A stretch of 64,000 nucleotides of DNA from Raillietiella orientalis (Eukaryota), in the NCBI GenBank assembly GCA_036172245.1, contig JAYWIR010000001.1, positions 3,782,001-3,846,000 of the forward strand. The letters run 5' to 3'. Both the position numbers and the translations under genes were made by a program. Position 1 is the stretch's first letter, and each line of letters opens with the position of its first letter. Of the stretch, positions 50,641 through 64,000 are shown one piece after another. The notes below the pieces were generated by a model, which was not told where the DNA came from, made no database searches, and saw only the letters and a program-made list of their open reading frames with translations.

Positions 50641-51379
50641 CACGCCAGGACCTTCATTATAAAAAATAATAAACATACATGTGTAGGGCTATCGACCCTA
50701 CATTGTCCGAAAATGCTCAGAATCTGCCGAATAACCGGCACTCAGGCCGGGGAGACTCGCCTCGGGGTCCACAGCCCCACGGATCTAGTGAGACCGCGGG
50801 AGTTTAACAATATACTCCAGTGCGACAACAGAAATGCCGACTCCTGTCACTTCAGGGGGAGGGCCCGATTGTTCTTCAGCGCTGGCGGTCACTCGAGGTC
50901 TTCCTGTTGGATTCCCAGCAGCTTGCTTCAGCGCAATAGTCCTTTCGGTTGGGCAGTTGGGGTCGCAGAGTCCGTAAGCTGACCCGTGGTCCAACGACCT
51001 ATTTCTTTTCCCGAAGACCTATTTCGCAACTGATCTCCCATTTGGCCGGCTGGTTACTGCCCAGGTGCTTCCTGAGGGGGGGGCAGCGCCACGGCTAGGG
51101 AAGTTCTTTGCCCCACGCACACATAGTGGGCTGCACGATGACGTCCTGCAGTGAACGGTTGTTGTAGGGGGAGTGTAGCAGTCGCTGCGTCATCTTTCAG
51201 ACTCGCTTCGCTATTCCTGGCCGATGTGCGAGTTTCCTGCAACCAGGCACTACCGTTCGCAGACCGGCAGGAGATGCAGTTGTTGGTCCTGGTCAGCTTG
51301 ATCACTCGCCGGAGCTTCAGCCGCAGATCGAACACAGATCCAATCAAGTTGGAGGGGATATTCAGGGAGACTGTTATCA

Positions 51380-52025
51380 CCCTGTGAATCCAGGAACGGC
51401 TCCTAAGGAAGGAGTCCGCTCCTCCCGCGCCTGAAGAGGAATCCCCGAAGGGAACCTTCACTCTGGTTGTCTTTGAAGCGAATCCCGAAAGGAACCACCT
51501 CTCCCTGATTCTCTCCGGTTTGTGAAGCTGTTCCTCACTCCTCCTACAAAGGCAACCCGGAATGGAACCGCGCTCCTGAATTTCTTCTCCGGGGGGAACC
51601 GCTCCTTGTTACTCCTCCTCTGAAGAGAATCCCGAAGGAACGCTTCCCGATTTTTCTGAAGGACGTTCCCGGGAGCGTGACTGCACGCTTCTTACACTCT
51701 GGAGAGGCGATCCCTGAGAGGGTATACAACCAGCCCTACGGAACAGGTCCAGTTTCACAACCGGAGAGGGACTCCGAAGGGCTTCTTGATTCCTGGAAGG
51801 ACTCCGGTGGGTCAACTTCCCGTTCTGGCCAAACAATGGGGATATCCGGTTTTCGGATTCCACAAGTGTCGCACCCGAATATAGGCCCAACTAGCGTCAT
51901 CTTGCGGGGAGAGCTCGATCCCACGATGCGCCCATTTCTCTGGAGTCGACCTTTTACGGGTATTCGAACCCGCAGCGCCTGGTACCTCGCGCGGAGACCA
52001 CAGCCACACGCAGACCACATCTGAG
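51380..52025 (-). repeat. Copy of the tRNA-headed repeat
   Basis: gcgctgcgggttcgaatac B-box; plus-strand ttgattcctggaaggactccgg; three gaag...aatccc(c)gaa...ggaac subrepeats. Confidence 0.65.
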
Positions 52026-53940
52026 AACTACTGAGGACTGTTTCTGGGAACGGAAGGAAAACAAGCTTCTCGTGGTTGTCTCTGAGATCCAATTTGGCCG
52101 CGACATCTATTGGATCCGTAGATGGGGACAAATTTCCGACGAAAGAACTGTCCCAGAACATCAACACTTAAGAAGTGCCCGTAGCACATCTGATGCAGAT
52201 GCTGACGATGAATTCTTGGAAATCATGCCATGACTTCTCCATACCGACAGGGAAAGATGGACAGCACATGGATGTGAAGGTGGTGGACATTGCAAAGAAC
52301 CTGCCTCCTTTATTCCATGTAATCCCTTCGTTCAGTTAACAAACAGAACCGGCTGTAACACCTTCTTGGAATTTACATCTCTTGCAGGAGGTGATCGTTC
52401 TGATCCAGTATCTTAATGACCCAACGGCATTCGTGTGATGATACTTGTGTTCCTGCGAACAGTAGGAGAGCGCGCATGGGTCTTATAATTTTCTTCTTTC
52501 CCTTCTTGCTTGCTCCTTCTTGAACGCTGCCTTTCGGGTTTCCAGTGGACAGCATGAAGGCGCAAGCTTCTTTACCTCAGAACAAGGTTATATCTGGGCG
52601 GCGATTGTCCACTCAGGATATTTCTTGGTTGCTTGGCTGATGACTCCTGTGGCTCGTTCTGGAAAAGCCCGTGTCCCTGACCTCATATCTGACTGTTGGT
52701 CGATAAGGGTGACACAGGAAAATGGAGCTCGCAATTCCTGATGCAGACGACGAAGAGCTAACAGCAAACGTAAACGCACTCGGGCGGGACAGCAGAATCC
52801 AGGATCCTTGATCGTATGAGGAGGGTGGATGTGACCAGCAACTGCGAAATTCGAAGAATTTGAAAACCAGGAATCTACTGCCAAAAAACGACAAAATCTA
52901 GGAAACTGAAATAGGATGTGTTCTCTGATACCTCGCGCTGTCCAGGATACCTTCAGCCTTTTACAGAAAAACCTGAAGATCTCGAAAAGCACGTGGATGT
53001 TTTTTTTGTTTGTTTTTGTTTTTTTTAATGTATGTTCTTGACCTCGAAAATGGCGCCATGAAACTGCCCGGGAGGGTGAACTGCGATGAGAGGACCATGT
53101 CGTGAGGGGTCTCCAGAATCAATCACGTGAATGACAAAAATATATATATATTTCAAGTATAAATTTGAAAAAGAAACTGTCAAAGAAAAGGAGACAAAAG
53201 AAAAGACGGAGTCTATTCGGCTAAGCCACTTTGCTCACAACCAAGGTTTCGACCAAGATGAAAACATGGATACGAGAGCTGATCCTGATTCTGTGACAAA
53301 GAGCGGTTTGAGAACAGAAATGGTGGAGAAATTCTCCCATTCTTGAGGACTTCTTCTGGGATGTTCCAAACACGAACTTTTTGTTGTTGTTTTTGTTGTT
53401 GTTGTTTTCGATTCGCTTTTGCAGATAGCATTTGCTACAAGAAACAAAAGCAGGTGCCAGACGGAGTACCACGTACACACACACACCCCCTAGCAAGAGA
53501 TCGCTCAGGCAGGTTTGAAAATTAGCTGGTTTCCTGTTTCTACTTGTCCCTCTTTTTTTCGGGAACGTTGTTATAAGGAACATGCAGCAATTCACGATCG
53601 AAGCGAATTCTCTATGATCGAACACAGCAGGAAAGTTTCTAGAGAGTTGGTGCATTTTATCTTTGAGCAACGGGCTTGCTCGATGGAAAATGGCGCTTTG
53701 TTCGTTCACTTTAATCATAGCAACGCTGAAGTATTCCTGCAAGTCGGCGCGATGTCCATTAATAAGGCCGGCACCCTATTAGCACTTTCGTTACCAAGGA
53801 TTAGCAGAGACACATTCTTCCATAATCACCATGGTCGCTATAGCTGCGATCCACGGCAGAATCTCATTCACTCGCAGTAATTGCGCTTGTTGCTTGATCA
53901 CATTTCTGTTGAATTACACTCTCCTTTTACCCAGATAAAA

Positions 53941-54390
53941 TTAATTGGCACCAATTCTTTTCGGTGAAAAAATGGCATGGTGTCACCTACTCTGAACAAT
54001 CAAAATGAATGCTGTCAGGTCAGAAGTTCAACGGGCAAGCAAAAGAATGCAACCAATGTACATGTATATGTACGTCTGTATGTTTACATGTGCATATGTA
54101 TGGATACGTGTGTGTGCACATCCATATATACTTACATATATATATATAAGTTTGACACAAAATAACGTTACAACAAATGTATGTAAATGAACACACGAAA
54201 TAACCTATATATATATATATGTATGTATGTATGTATATATACGTGTGTACACATTTATACATATGTTTCTATGATTCTTTTGTTTGCACATTGTTTTGTC
54301 TTCAGCTACTAACTGAAAAAGCGTTTATTTCTATTACTCGGGGTGAACACCATGCGATTTTTTCACCAAAAAAACAATGGTGGTAATTAA
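53941..54390. mobile_element. Foldback/MITE-like element with imperfect terminal inverted repeats and a microsatellite-rich core
   Basis: ttaattggcaccaattcttttcggtgaaaaaatggcatggtgtcacc pairs with ggtgaacaccatgcgattttttcaccaaaaaaacaatggtggtaattaa; weaker pairing continues inward. Confidence 0.7.
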
Positions 54391-54470
54391 TATATACATA
54401 TATATATAAATCACATTTCAGTTAAATTTCTGTTAAAGGAATTCTGTTTCTGTCACTTGTTCATATGTGA

Positions 54471-54506
54471 ACACACACACAAACCTACATATAAACATAT
54501 ACATAG

Positions 54507-54538
<32 letters not shown>
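54471..54538. repeat. (AC)n/(GT)n microsatellites forming a 17-bp hairpin
   Basis: acacacacacaaaccta ... taggtttgtgtgtgtgt. Confidence 0.85.
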
Positions 54539-54540
<2 letters not shown>

Positions 54541-57500
54541 ACGCTGCATAGGTCCTGAAAAATCAATGAGATCCATGACATACAGCCGCCAAGCGCCATC
54601 ATTCCTTGTTAGATATGCAATTTCATGCACAGTTGACAATAGTAAGATCCAAGTTTCCAGATGAGGTCTCAGAACCAAGACGGGCGTAGGTGAGGCGGAT
54701 TGTCTTTTCGGCTGAGACTCAGAAACCTCGAGGTTGGCTCCTGGAGGATTTTAAGTCTTGGTATTTGCTTCCGACTAATGCTGTCTGTGCTGCAGAGATA
54801 CCTTTTGTTGGAGGCTGTTTTGATATTGCAATGTTGAAGGCTTCCACATTCAAAGTATCAACCGAGGGGATTTGCTACAGCTGTATGCTGGACTTTATTG
54901 ATTCGTTTTCTATCAGGGACCTGGAAAAATTCTCTGCTGTGGGTGATGTTTTTTTCGAATGTATATTGCAGAAGTAATCCCCAAGAACATCACAATACGA
55001 TACAAATCGCTTCAGTGAAAAATTTGCATCCCTGTTTAGCAAATGAAAATTGGATCTTCTGCCTAATGATTTTTCTTTAAAAAAAAAAAAAAGTATTAAT
55101 CTTCACACAGAGATACCTCAAGTTTCCTCAGGCAGAGTGTGTATCCTACTCTTCGTTTCCTGTGGTCAGTTTGCGAAAAGCGAATTCTGGGCTGGACCCC
55201 ATCAATGTCTTTAGGCAGAACGATGAACGCTTCATTAATGGACAATAAATAGGTTCGTGTTGAACAACCCGTCTTCTCAAAATATAGCCAAGTGATGTGT
55301 TTTCAACAATTTAGGTGCTTCCTTGTGTTTCCTGTTTTGTATTTTTTTGTTTTCTTTTTTTTTGGGGGGGGAGGGGGGAGGGGATTGCAAGATTTCTAGT
55401 CTGCACACTTGTAACAACAGCTTCACAAAAACAAAAGGATTGTGTAATCACCAGGTCCTGAATCACATAAAGATCAAAAGCTGACCAATACTCCTTTTGT
55501 TTTTGTGTACCTAGGACGAAACTCATACGTCACGACACCTTTAAACAACTTCAGCCTTATTCTTCCACCACTTCATTGATTCGTGATCCCAATTAGGAAC
55601 TCGAGGTTGGTCCAAGAAGTCACTGGCCGTTCGAAATCCTATGATGCGCATATCCCTTCTTTCCACTAAACCACCTTTAGTCGGAACTTGGACATATTAT
55701 AAAACATGTTATATACTTAAAACTTCCTTCAACATATTATTTATAAGCATCAGACTGGTTAGTGCAATGCTATGGGATGATGCTATTTCATATCTCCAGT
55801 GCTTCCAGAGAGTAGCATGGCATCCTTCCTTGTGTTCATTTCATTCATTTCAGCATAGTGATGAATCGTCGGGTACATTCACAATATGTATTTTATTGAT
55901 AAATTGGCTGATTATTTCTTTTTAGCAAATCTTTCTAGGAGGACAGTAAATTTTAATTTTAGAACTTGAGCGTGGCGACATTTATGATCCGAAAAGCCTT
56001 CTCAGCGAGCGCCATTTTTCACTCAAATCCTTCGTGCAGTGGACATTTCTTTCAACAGATTCTCTGCTTTTTCCTTCGTTTTCCAAACGAATACATCAGA
56101 GTAAAAATCAGGATGTCATTGGACGGTGGGCCCGACTTTGGAGATGGGGGAAAAAAAAAAAAAAAACTGGGATTTTCTTTGATCCAGACTCAAATCTGTG
56201 GGTTATGAGACAGTATTTTATAATACGACTTCCTCCTTCTATTCAGTGCGGATTGCATCCCTTCGCCTTGGAATTTGGTGGCAACAAGCAATCAGCGAAG
56301 ACCAGGGGCCTCAAAGCAGAGCAGATCAGTTCTGCCCTGCATGCGGAGTGTGGGTTGCAAATGCACGTCTTTCACCTTCGCCCTCTGGGTGGAGACCGGA
56401 AGCATTTGGTAAGTATTACGAATCTAACAGGTGAAGGCAAAGACATACTAGGAGGACAGTGCATCATTCCGAAGTACAACACGCCAGTGTGAATGTACCC
56501 AGCAATCCTCATTGCGGCGGTCTTAATCAGAAGTTGAAAGATGAAAGCCAACTGCCTCCAATTGAATATTGAATGAATTGAATGTTCGTTAAACGAATAA
56601 TCGATAAACTCATCAAAACCGGAAAATGGGCAATGGCAAGGGAGGTAGTCGGACGCCTACCGGAGAAGAAGATTGCCTTTAACAGGTGCGGCAGTGTTCC
56701 TTCGGAAATCCACTAGAGATTGCTGAGAAAAAAAGCATCAATTCTCAGCATAGATTTTGGAAAACGAAAGTGTTTTCTAACGTATAGCTTCTGTGTACCT
56801 CTGTTAAGTAGCGTAATCAGTATTGCACGAGACAAAAGATGAAGAATGAGATACCCCCGATTCAAATGCATCAAGAAGAGTCACCCACAATGATTAAATG
56901 CCGTCAGCACGAAGATGGTGATGGAAGAAGGAAATGTAGAACCTTAGAACAACGTCTTCTCCAGACATCTGTCTAAGCCCTGGCATCGAGGTTTAGCCTA
57001 TCTCAATTCCAGAAGCCATCATCTGAAAGAACCTTTTATTGCCTGTACTCGGAATCAGTTGCCTTTGTTGATGGCTTCGCTCTAATCGAATTCGTCTGGA
57101 AGAAATTCGAGAAGGAGGGAAAAAAATGTGTTCGACGTAGCCTTAAAATGCGAGGCTGGCTCTCTGAACTCCTGTATGATCACTGAGGAGTTTGTCCACT
57201 GCCGCCATCCCTCAACATCCAACTACTTTTCTTGGTTTCAAATGATTGAAGATGGAATTTTTTTTTTTTTTTCTACTGATATTTGGATGCTGAAAGCTAC
57301 GCTCTAAAGGATTCATTGCAAACTTGTTGATCTTGTCTGAAAGGAGGGGAAAAAATGCGCCCTTATTCTGCAAACTTACATTGGCGGCACTTGCATGTGC
57401 ACTGTGCTGAAACGAGACTCAAACACACCGCATTGTGCATCGTCGCATATAAGAATCATGGAATACCCACCCTCATGACTTGGGTAAACGGTCATTTCCA

Positions 57501-59199
57501 AGAATGAAATGAAACTAAGTGTTTCTGGACTGTTGCTTAGTTGGAGTCAGAATGGCGACTTCCATTAGATGTGAATTCCGAACTCTCATATCTTTGAAGA
57601 ATAAATATCCCAACTCATTAATAAGTAACCAAGACACCTAACATCCTAACTCCCCCCCGGGATAGACCATTCTGTGAATGATCTTCTCAAAAGCTGTACA
57701 GCGAATATTTTGTAATCATCCAGTAGTAGTACATCACATTATCCAAATCTATGCTGATATCATCATAACATTTTCTCTATTAAAGAAGATGGAAGGCCAA
57801 TTGACTCCCAGCTGAATGTTTGTTAAACGAGTAATTGATGAACCTACCTCTAATTTTTTTTTTGTGTGTGTACTTCAATGCTTAATTACATAATTGATCC
57901 GTTTTAAAGTTTTATATTAGACTGTAGGATTGTCTGCCTCCTGCTGATTCTAATTCCATTTATCTGGCTTAACCTTGAAAGCAGGGTATCAAATTCTTGA
58001 ATCCACCATTCTTCCGCCATGAATTCAAAGCGATTGGTCCAATTAATGAAGCTGGAGCTAACATGCCTACAATGGAAGCAGTAAAGGCTATCATTGGGAT
58101 TACTTGTCCGAGGGAACGTTTTGTTTTAGTTTGCCTCAGTGTTGACTCTGCGTGTCAGTAGGTGCTTGGATACTGCCGCCGTGGACAGCTGCTTAAGCAG
58201 ACACTTCCTTCCTTGCGAAAAACGAACATCTGAAATGCAGCGAAGTCTACAGAATCTGCCGATGCAATGGAGGTACGGTAGCTCAGGGAGAAACACCCAG
58301 CCAGTGAGACGAAGCAGCGAGCCCATGAGATAGTGTGCTGCAGCTTCCTTGCTGTGTGCATGGACCTGCATTAGCAAAGCATGCACTTTTAGTACACCTT
58401 CGACTCTCCCTGATATTCAGAAACATCCATGGAGCAGTGCAGCAACTGCATTCGCCGCATTGGGAGGAAGATGAACGGCGTCCTTGAAATTCGATCTTCA
58501 AGATGGATTACAAACACACACACCCACGCACGCGCTACAAACTGGCAAATTGATAGCGGTTTCTTCATACGAGCAATAATCATTGTGATTCGCGATATTA
58601 ATTACCATTGTGACCTGATGAAAGTAAGAATGCAATACGTCTTTAAGCACGACATCAAAACTTCCCTAAGTGTCACCTGACAGGCATCGAAAACAGAGAA
58701 AATCTTTCATAAGTCCGTAAAACAAACTCCACCTCGAGTTTCGAATTGAAAGTTTGGGAAGGGGAAGGACCAATAGGTTCACAGAATTGCAACGTCGCAA
58801 TCGGAGATTTGGAGCTCTGTGATTTCAGAAATTTTGCCTTCCCTTTACTATTTTGTGTAGATGGGGAAATCTCTTGCTTCGTCTCCCACTACTCCATCCA
58901 ACTAATTTTTGACCAAGTCTCTAGTGCTTATGTAAATAATGCATTTCGTAAAGAACTCAACAGTCTACCTGGTCATCAAAAAGCTCATGTCCAGGGACAG
59001 AATATCTCTCATTTTATGGAAAACTGCTAAACCGAGGTCTCTGACCCCACTTTTGTTATCGCCTTTGCTAAACTCTTGCAAGAATTCTCTTATTCTGTTG
59101 TTATACAGAGGGTATAGAACAGACGGAGAAGACACCGATATCTGGAACTTCTAAGAGAAATTCTTTCCGATAAGATCGCATCTAATGGAATCTAATGGC

Positions 59200-61950
59200 C
59201 GTGAACATCAACATAAAAGGACACTACGATGGACGAACCGTGGAGGAAATTAAAAAATTCGAGGAACAGTCAACATAGCAAGTGCACCCTGAAGGAATAA
59301 CGAACAGGCTGTCAACTTTGGTGAACAGATGGACTGGGCTATTACATTATATCATGCTGATAAGTAAGGAAATGGGTAATAATAAGAAGAGCAGGGAGAC
59401 TACAGTCGCCATGGGAACCTCACAAGCATCCAGCACATTATGAAGTAACAGAAGCAATTTTGCAAAATGGAGACACTGTATGTAAAGGATTGGGGCATCC
59501 TTCAAAAAAGACTGGCCTTTGCACGGAAGCAAAGTATATGCACCGAACTGATATGACAAGGAGCTCTGGAAGGAAAGGGAGTCCGGGACAATCCATAAAA
59601 CAAATACTGGGAGCTATGGAGGAAATGTACAAACCGGAATCCTAAAGGTTGCATCGGTCCAATGGAGAAGCACACAACGGACATTTTCCAGACTCAATAC
59701 ATTGGAATAATACAAAACTAAACAGAAGGCGTATTGCAAACTCTCCTTCAACATTACGAGAAATTATTTAGATCCACAAAGCACAACACAAGATGGCATG
59801 CTGGATTGACTTAAGAAAAAACAAAGACTGGATATACAAAACAGGTCAGTTCTAACATGAGCATTTTGAGATTGAGAAGGAAAGAAGCTGTCTACGAACC
59901 GAGGCAAGAAGTCACGACCGGAAGTAGTCAGTTTCCAATCCAACACTACAACAACAGCTAGGCAGATGCATCAAACTGATGCAGCAATTAAAGACAACTC
60001 AAGAGAAAAAAACTTTTTCCAGAATCCTGTTACCAGATCAGGATCCGACTGCTACCAAAACGGGTTGACGTAACCAAGGTTACTCGACGGAGAACAATCT
60101 CAGCTCTGATCCCGGATATGAAATGGATAAGGAAACTATAGGCGAACCTTTTTGAGAAAAGTAATGAACAAGGGAGTATCTCCGACGCAAACACATGCAC
60201 TTCCAGGGTGGCACATGGCCGACGATTGGGAGCTACATAAGCCATTACTGAGCTGAAGGAAATAAAAGAGAAGAGTTTCGTGCTAGCATTCACAGACATG
60301 GAAAAGGCATATGACAGTATCGACCAGGAAACGCTAATAAAGGCTCTGCAGGAAATGAAGATCACCTCGCAATCTCTAATATATGTAAAAACCATGATGG
60401 AAAAAGCCAGCTTTAGAATACAAATAACTCAAGAGTATTCACTTGTAAAATGGAACAGATTTCAAGAGTATCTGTATGAGTTGAAGCATTAGATAAGGAA
60501 GACCCTAATTCCTATGCTTTTTGTAATGAACATACATGGAGCTGAAAACATGATCATGCAGAAAACCGCGAAGCCAAGAGGTACTTGTTAGTGATCATTA
60601 CGTCAAGTACATAGTTTATGCTGAGAAGCTCGTATTCTTCTAGAGTGACACCAGACATTTATGAAAACTGTGAACACAGTGCAAGTAGTACTAGGACTAA
60701 AAATAAATAAATATGCATTAATCCACGATCATGAAAGCTGGAGATTTAAAAACTACAGAACTGGGTGAACAGGGGTTGCGATTACAAGAGACAGTCAGGC
60801 ATCTGAGAATCTGTCTTTCTAATGATGGCTCCACGCAAAAACAGAGAGATCAAATATAGAACGCTTTCACGATGGAAATCAGAAAATATTGAGTCAATTC
60901 ATGAAAGAACAAGGCAGTGGATGGGGTATGCGAACTCAAAATACAGTCAGTAGCAAATTTCGTTAGCACTTGGAAAGGTATAATAGAGATGTTCTCCAAA
61001 CTACAAACTGTATTGATCTAGAGAAGAAGGGATCCCAAAATGAAGAATAAATGGGCCTGCAGGCCTAGGAAAGAATGTGGACTAGACATGAAACTAACAA
61101 AACATGCCATAGAGATCAAACGTATCAAAGATGTAATCTGTCTGTAAACATAAGATTAGGATTATTGGCCTCCTCAGACATTAAGAGTACTCCATAATGA
61201 CGAATAAAAAAACAAGGACACTAAATACACATTCCTCCCATGATCAAGCAGCTGGAAGAGAATTGATTCCGCGCAGACAATTAAGCAAAATAACATATGG
61301 ACACACCATCTAAAGATAATCACTCCACGAAGCCAAGAACTCTGGTATGGACTTACAACAGTATAATTAGGGATCATTGCCCAACCGGCATCAGAATGGA
61401 TAAGAGCAAAAAAGTCACGAAATAGAAAGCTTCGAACACTTGACATTAGGAAGATGCATACGTCAGATAGTACTATACAGATCCATCGTGCAAATTCGAG
61501 GAAAGATGAAGGCTAACTGGTGAAGATTCTGTATCAAAAAATGGAGGTTGTGGAGAGATGAAGGGATATGATGGAACGAAATGGGGAAAGGAGTATGTAT
61601 CAATTCTTCAATTGTAAAAGCATCAACATGGAAGCTCTGGAAAAATTATGACGAAACGTCCAACACAAAGCACATCACTGAAAGCAATTGGGTCCATTCT
61701 CTGAAAAACAAACCTACCACCAGATTTAATGGAGAATCCATTTTCTCTTTTATCTTACAATGTGGAAAGAAATTGCAGCGCGTGTCTCAAAATTCTATAG
61801 ACTAGTGTTGCTTAGTACACGGAGACTGAAACTCGGAGGCATACCTTTCAGCTTGAGCACCGTAGAAAACGATTAGAAGAGTGTAGGTGTGCAGACTTCA
61901 CAGCTAAAACGAAAGAGGACATCCTGGGAGGAATGATAGAAGAAGACGAG
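59200..61950 (+). mobile_element. Highly decayed AT-rich LINE (APE-type non-LTR) RT
   Basis: VLAFTDMEKAYDSIDQETLIKALQEM (D..KAYDS motif) at 60280-60360; A-rich plus strand; boundaries approximate. Confidence 0.65.
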
Positions 61951-63197
61951 ACATCCCGAAATGCAATCCTCTAGTAAGGATGTACATTCTTAATGGCGGC
62001 AGTTTTTATCATAAGATGGGATATCAAAAATGGAAAAATGAGAAACATCCAAGATGGCAGTAGAAAGATTCCTTAAGAAGGACATTTTCCATGAGCAAGT
62101 GCTAAATGAATTTAACATAAATGCTCCATCAAAGATTCTCCAACAGTTGCTGAAAAAACAAGTATCAGATCTAAACCACAAAATGAGAAAAAGATCGAAA
62201 ACCAAACGATGTACACAACTTTTAACTTGAGTCACAATCAATGTGAGTGTTGTAATTAAGCACTGTATACAAGTTGGAAACAACTACTGATCTATGGTCA
62301 TCAGGAAAAATGAGTGAATCAGACACTCCCGACACTTGTGATCTAGAATGAATGTTTGCAACCTGAATGAAAACCGAATAGCAAAAACACCAAACTTGAG
62401 CAAGCTGTTACTTAAACAACAGGCAGAATCTAAAATGAAAATAATTTTGAAACCGGAAGTGGTGTAAGTGTTAGCAAAAAAGAAATGCATTCGTGATTCT
62501 AAATTTCAAATGGGGAAGGGTAGATCATTCCACGGACAATTTGCAGCTGATCTCAACCAGGAACAGCAACTCATGCTGCACTGTTCGAATGACTCTTTAA
62601 AGCAGGAAAATTAAAAGAAGAAAATTAAAAATTAAACCTTCAACCGAATACAATTACGAAATGAAGTGATGAAAACTGCACTGATGTATATCTTTGCGTT
62701 TAACACGTTGTGAACGTTCTAATAGATGGGTATTGCTTATATGAACGAGGCTTTCAGATTTTCTCTTTCACCAACAAATATAGCAGAATCCATGGTTTTG
62801 GCTCTGAGGGTTTTTGTAGGAAGTGTTGCCATTGTGAACTGATCATGGATCCTTGTGTGAATTTTCTTAATTCTCGCTGATCACATTTTGTATGCTTCAT
62901 TGGATGAAAACTACAAACCAGGATTGGGAGTCGTTTCTCTTTTGAAAAGAGAAACAACTCTGAATGCATTTGGAGGAATCAAACGGACTGGCTGTGGTCC
63001 CATCTTCAAACTGATGAATGCAATTGCCCCGAAATGTCAGGCACTTTCTACTTAATGACACGGAGCTTTGAAATTAAAGACTGTTTTGTATTTGCTTATG
63101 AGCTGAGACAGCTCTTTCACAAAAACTAGTAAACCTTAGCGACGGGGTTTGGTAGTTTTAGACATGCTGTGGTTGGACTTATGTTTTACAGTGCAAT

Positions 63198-64000
63198 ATG
63201 CTGACTTTACGAATATTCAGGAAACTACTTGGGTCAGCATCTAACCATAAAAATGCAGCGGGTATTGAAACAATGTATATTTTTGATAGGAAAACAAAAA
63301 ATATGCAAAAAAACAGGGCTGCTACAGCTACCGGAAAAGATGACTGCGCCTACTTGAAAAAAGAGGTAATGAAAATTTAAGCATTCTTTAATTATTAATC
63401 GTCCATCAATTAAAAAAGGAACATTCTTATACCCAGAACTTCTAATAGGCATACAATTTTGTAATGGTTTTAATTTTTTTTATCAGATTGGGTCTCGTCT
63501 AGCGGACAGAATTGCATTTATAAATCGGGAATTTAAAATTGTTGTGGAATTGGGCTGCGGGCTCGGCTATGTTGCACAGCATTTAAGCAATGTGAGTGTC
63601 ATCTTGAAATGTAACTAATGCATTTTTATAGTACTCGATAGAAAAGTTACTTCTAATAGATGGATCACAAGCATGCCTTGAACATACATATACTCCTGAC
63701 ATCCCCACTGAAAAGGTACACATGGATGAAGAAGAATTTGAGCTAGAAGACAACTCTGTAGATCTCTTAATAAGTTGTTTGAGGTACGTATGCTTTTGTA
63801 AATGTATGTTTGAGTTGTATTATCAAGCAGTAAGATGTGTTTGTCTTTCAAGTTTGCATTGGGTCAACAATTTACCTCAGGTGTTCTCAAATATCCTAAA
63901 GTGCTTAAAAGAAGATGGTGTATTTCTTGCTGCTATGTTTGGTGGCCATACACTACAGGAACTGCGATCTTCATTATTATTAGCCGATATTGAAAGAAAA
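63198..64000 (+). CDS. NDUFAF5: NADH dehydrogenase complex I assembly factor 5 (SAM-dependent methyltransferase fold), 5' part. Exons 63198-63365, 63487-63591, 63632-63783, 63853 to window end
   Basis: Spliced translation IFDRKTKNMQKNRAA...YLKKE|IGSRLADRI...ELGCGLGYVAQHL...MDEE...DNSVDLLISCLS|LHWVNNLP...LKEDGVFLAAMFGGHTLQELRSSL; GT-AG introns of 121, 40 and 69 nt. Confidence 0.95.

Noticed and set aside
52637-52670. Hammerhead-like ctgatga...gaaa (also at 63011 and ctgacga at 16319)
   Set aside because: Stem II and the flanking stems do not pair
58126-58500. Cys-rich frame resembling a BEL/Pao gag knuckle
   Set aside because: Spacing does not fit well and no protease, RT or LTR is nearby
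1-64000. CRISPR array or prokaryotic operon
   Set aside because: No regularly spaced repeat-spacer array; the sequence is eukaryotic, with spliceosomal introns

Overview
Eukaryotic (invertebrate-like, possibly nematode; very short introns) genomic window. Positions 1 to ~52 kb are a GC-rich graveyard of decayed non-LTR retrotransposons of two kinds: R2/NeSL-type elements (zinc finger/Myb, RT, CCHC, restriction-like endonuclease; one piece is Utopia-like) and Tx1/L1-type elements (ORF1 zinc knuckles, AP endonuclease, RT, CCHC). Mixed in are a tRNA-headed dispersed repeat family and a strongly diverged 28S rRNA pseudogene. Four near-identical inverted duplications (about 5.1 kb, 0.87 kb, 0.63 kb and 0.3 kb) overlie this, and their ends fade into older diverged homology. 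The best find is an endogenous CRESS-DNA (circular Rep-encoding ssDNA) virus at ~32.5-34.0 kb. It keeps a 12-bp stem-loop origin with a TAGTATTGC nonanucleotide, a pseudogenised full-length Rep (RCR motifs I-III plus SF3 helicase) that appears to carry a 44-nt host-style intron, and a divergent Arg-rich capsid-like N-terminus. After ~53 kb the sequence becomes AT-rich and holds a foldback element, a decayed LINE and the 5' part of an intact NDUFAF5 gene. Most ORFs in the supplied track are spurious GC-rich frames. Transposon boundaries are approximate and motifs were recognised by eye.
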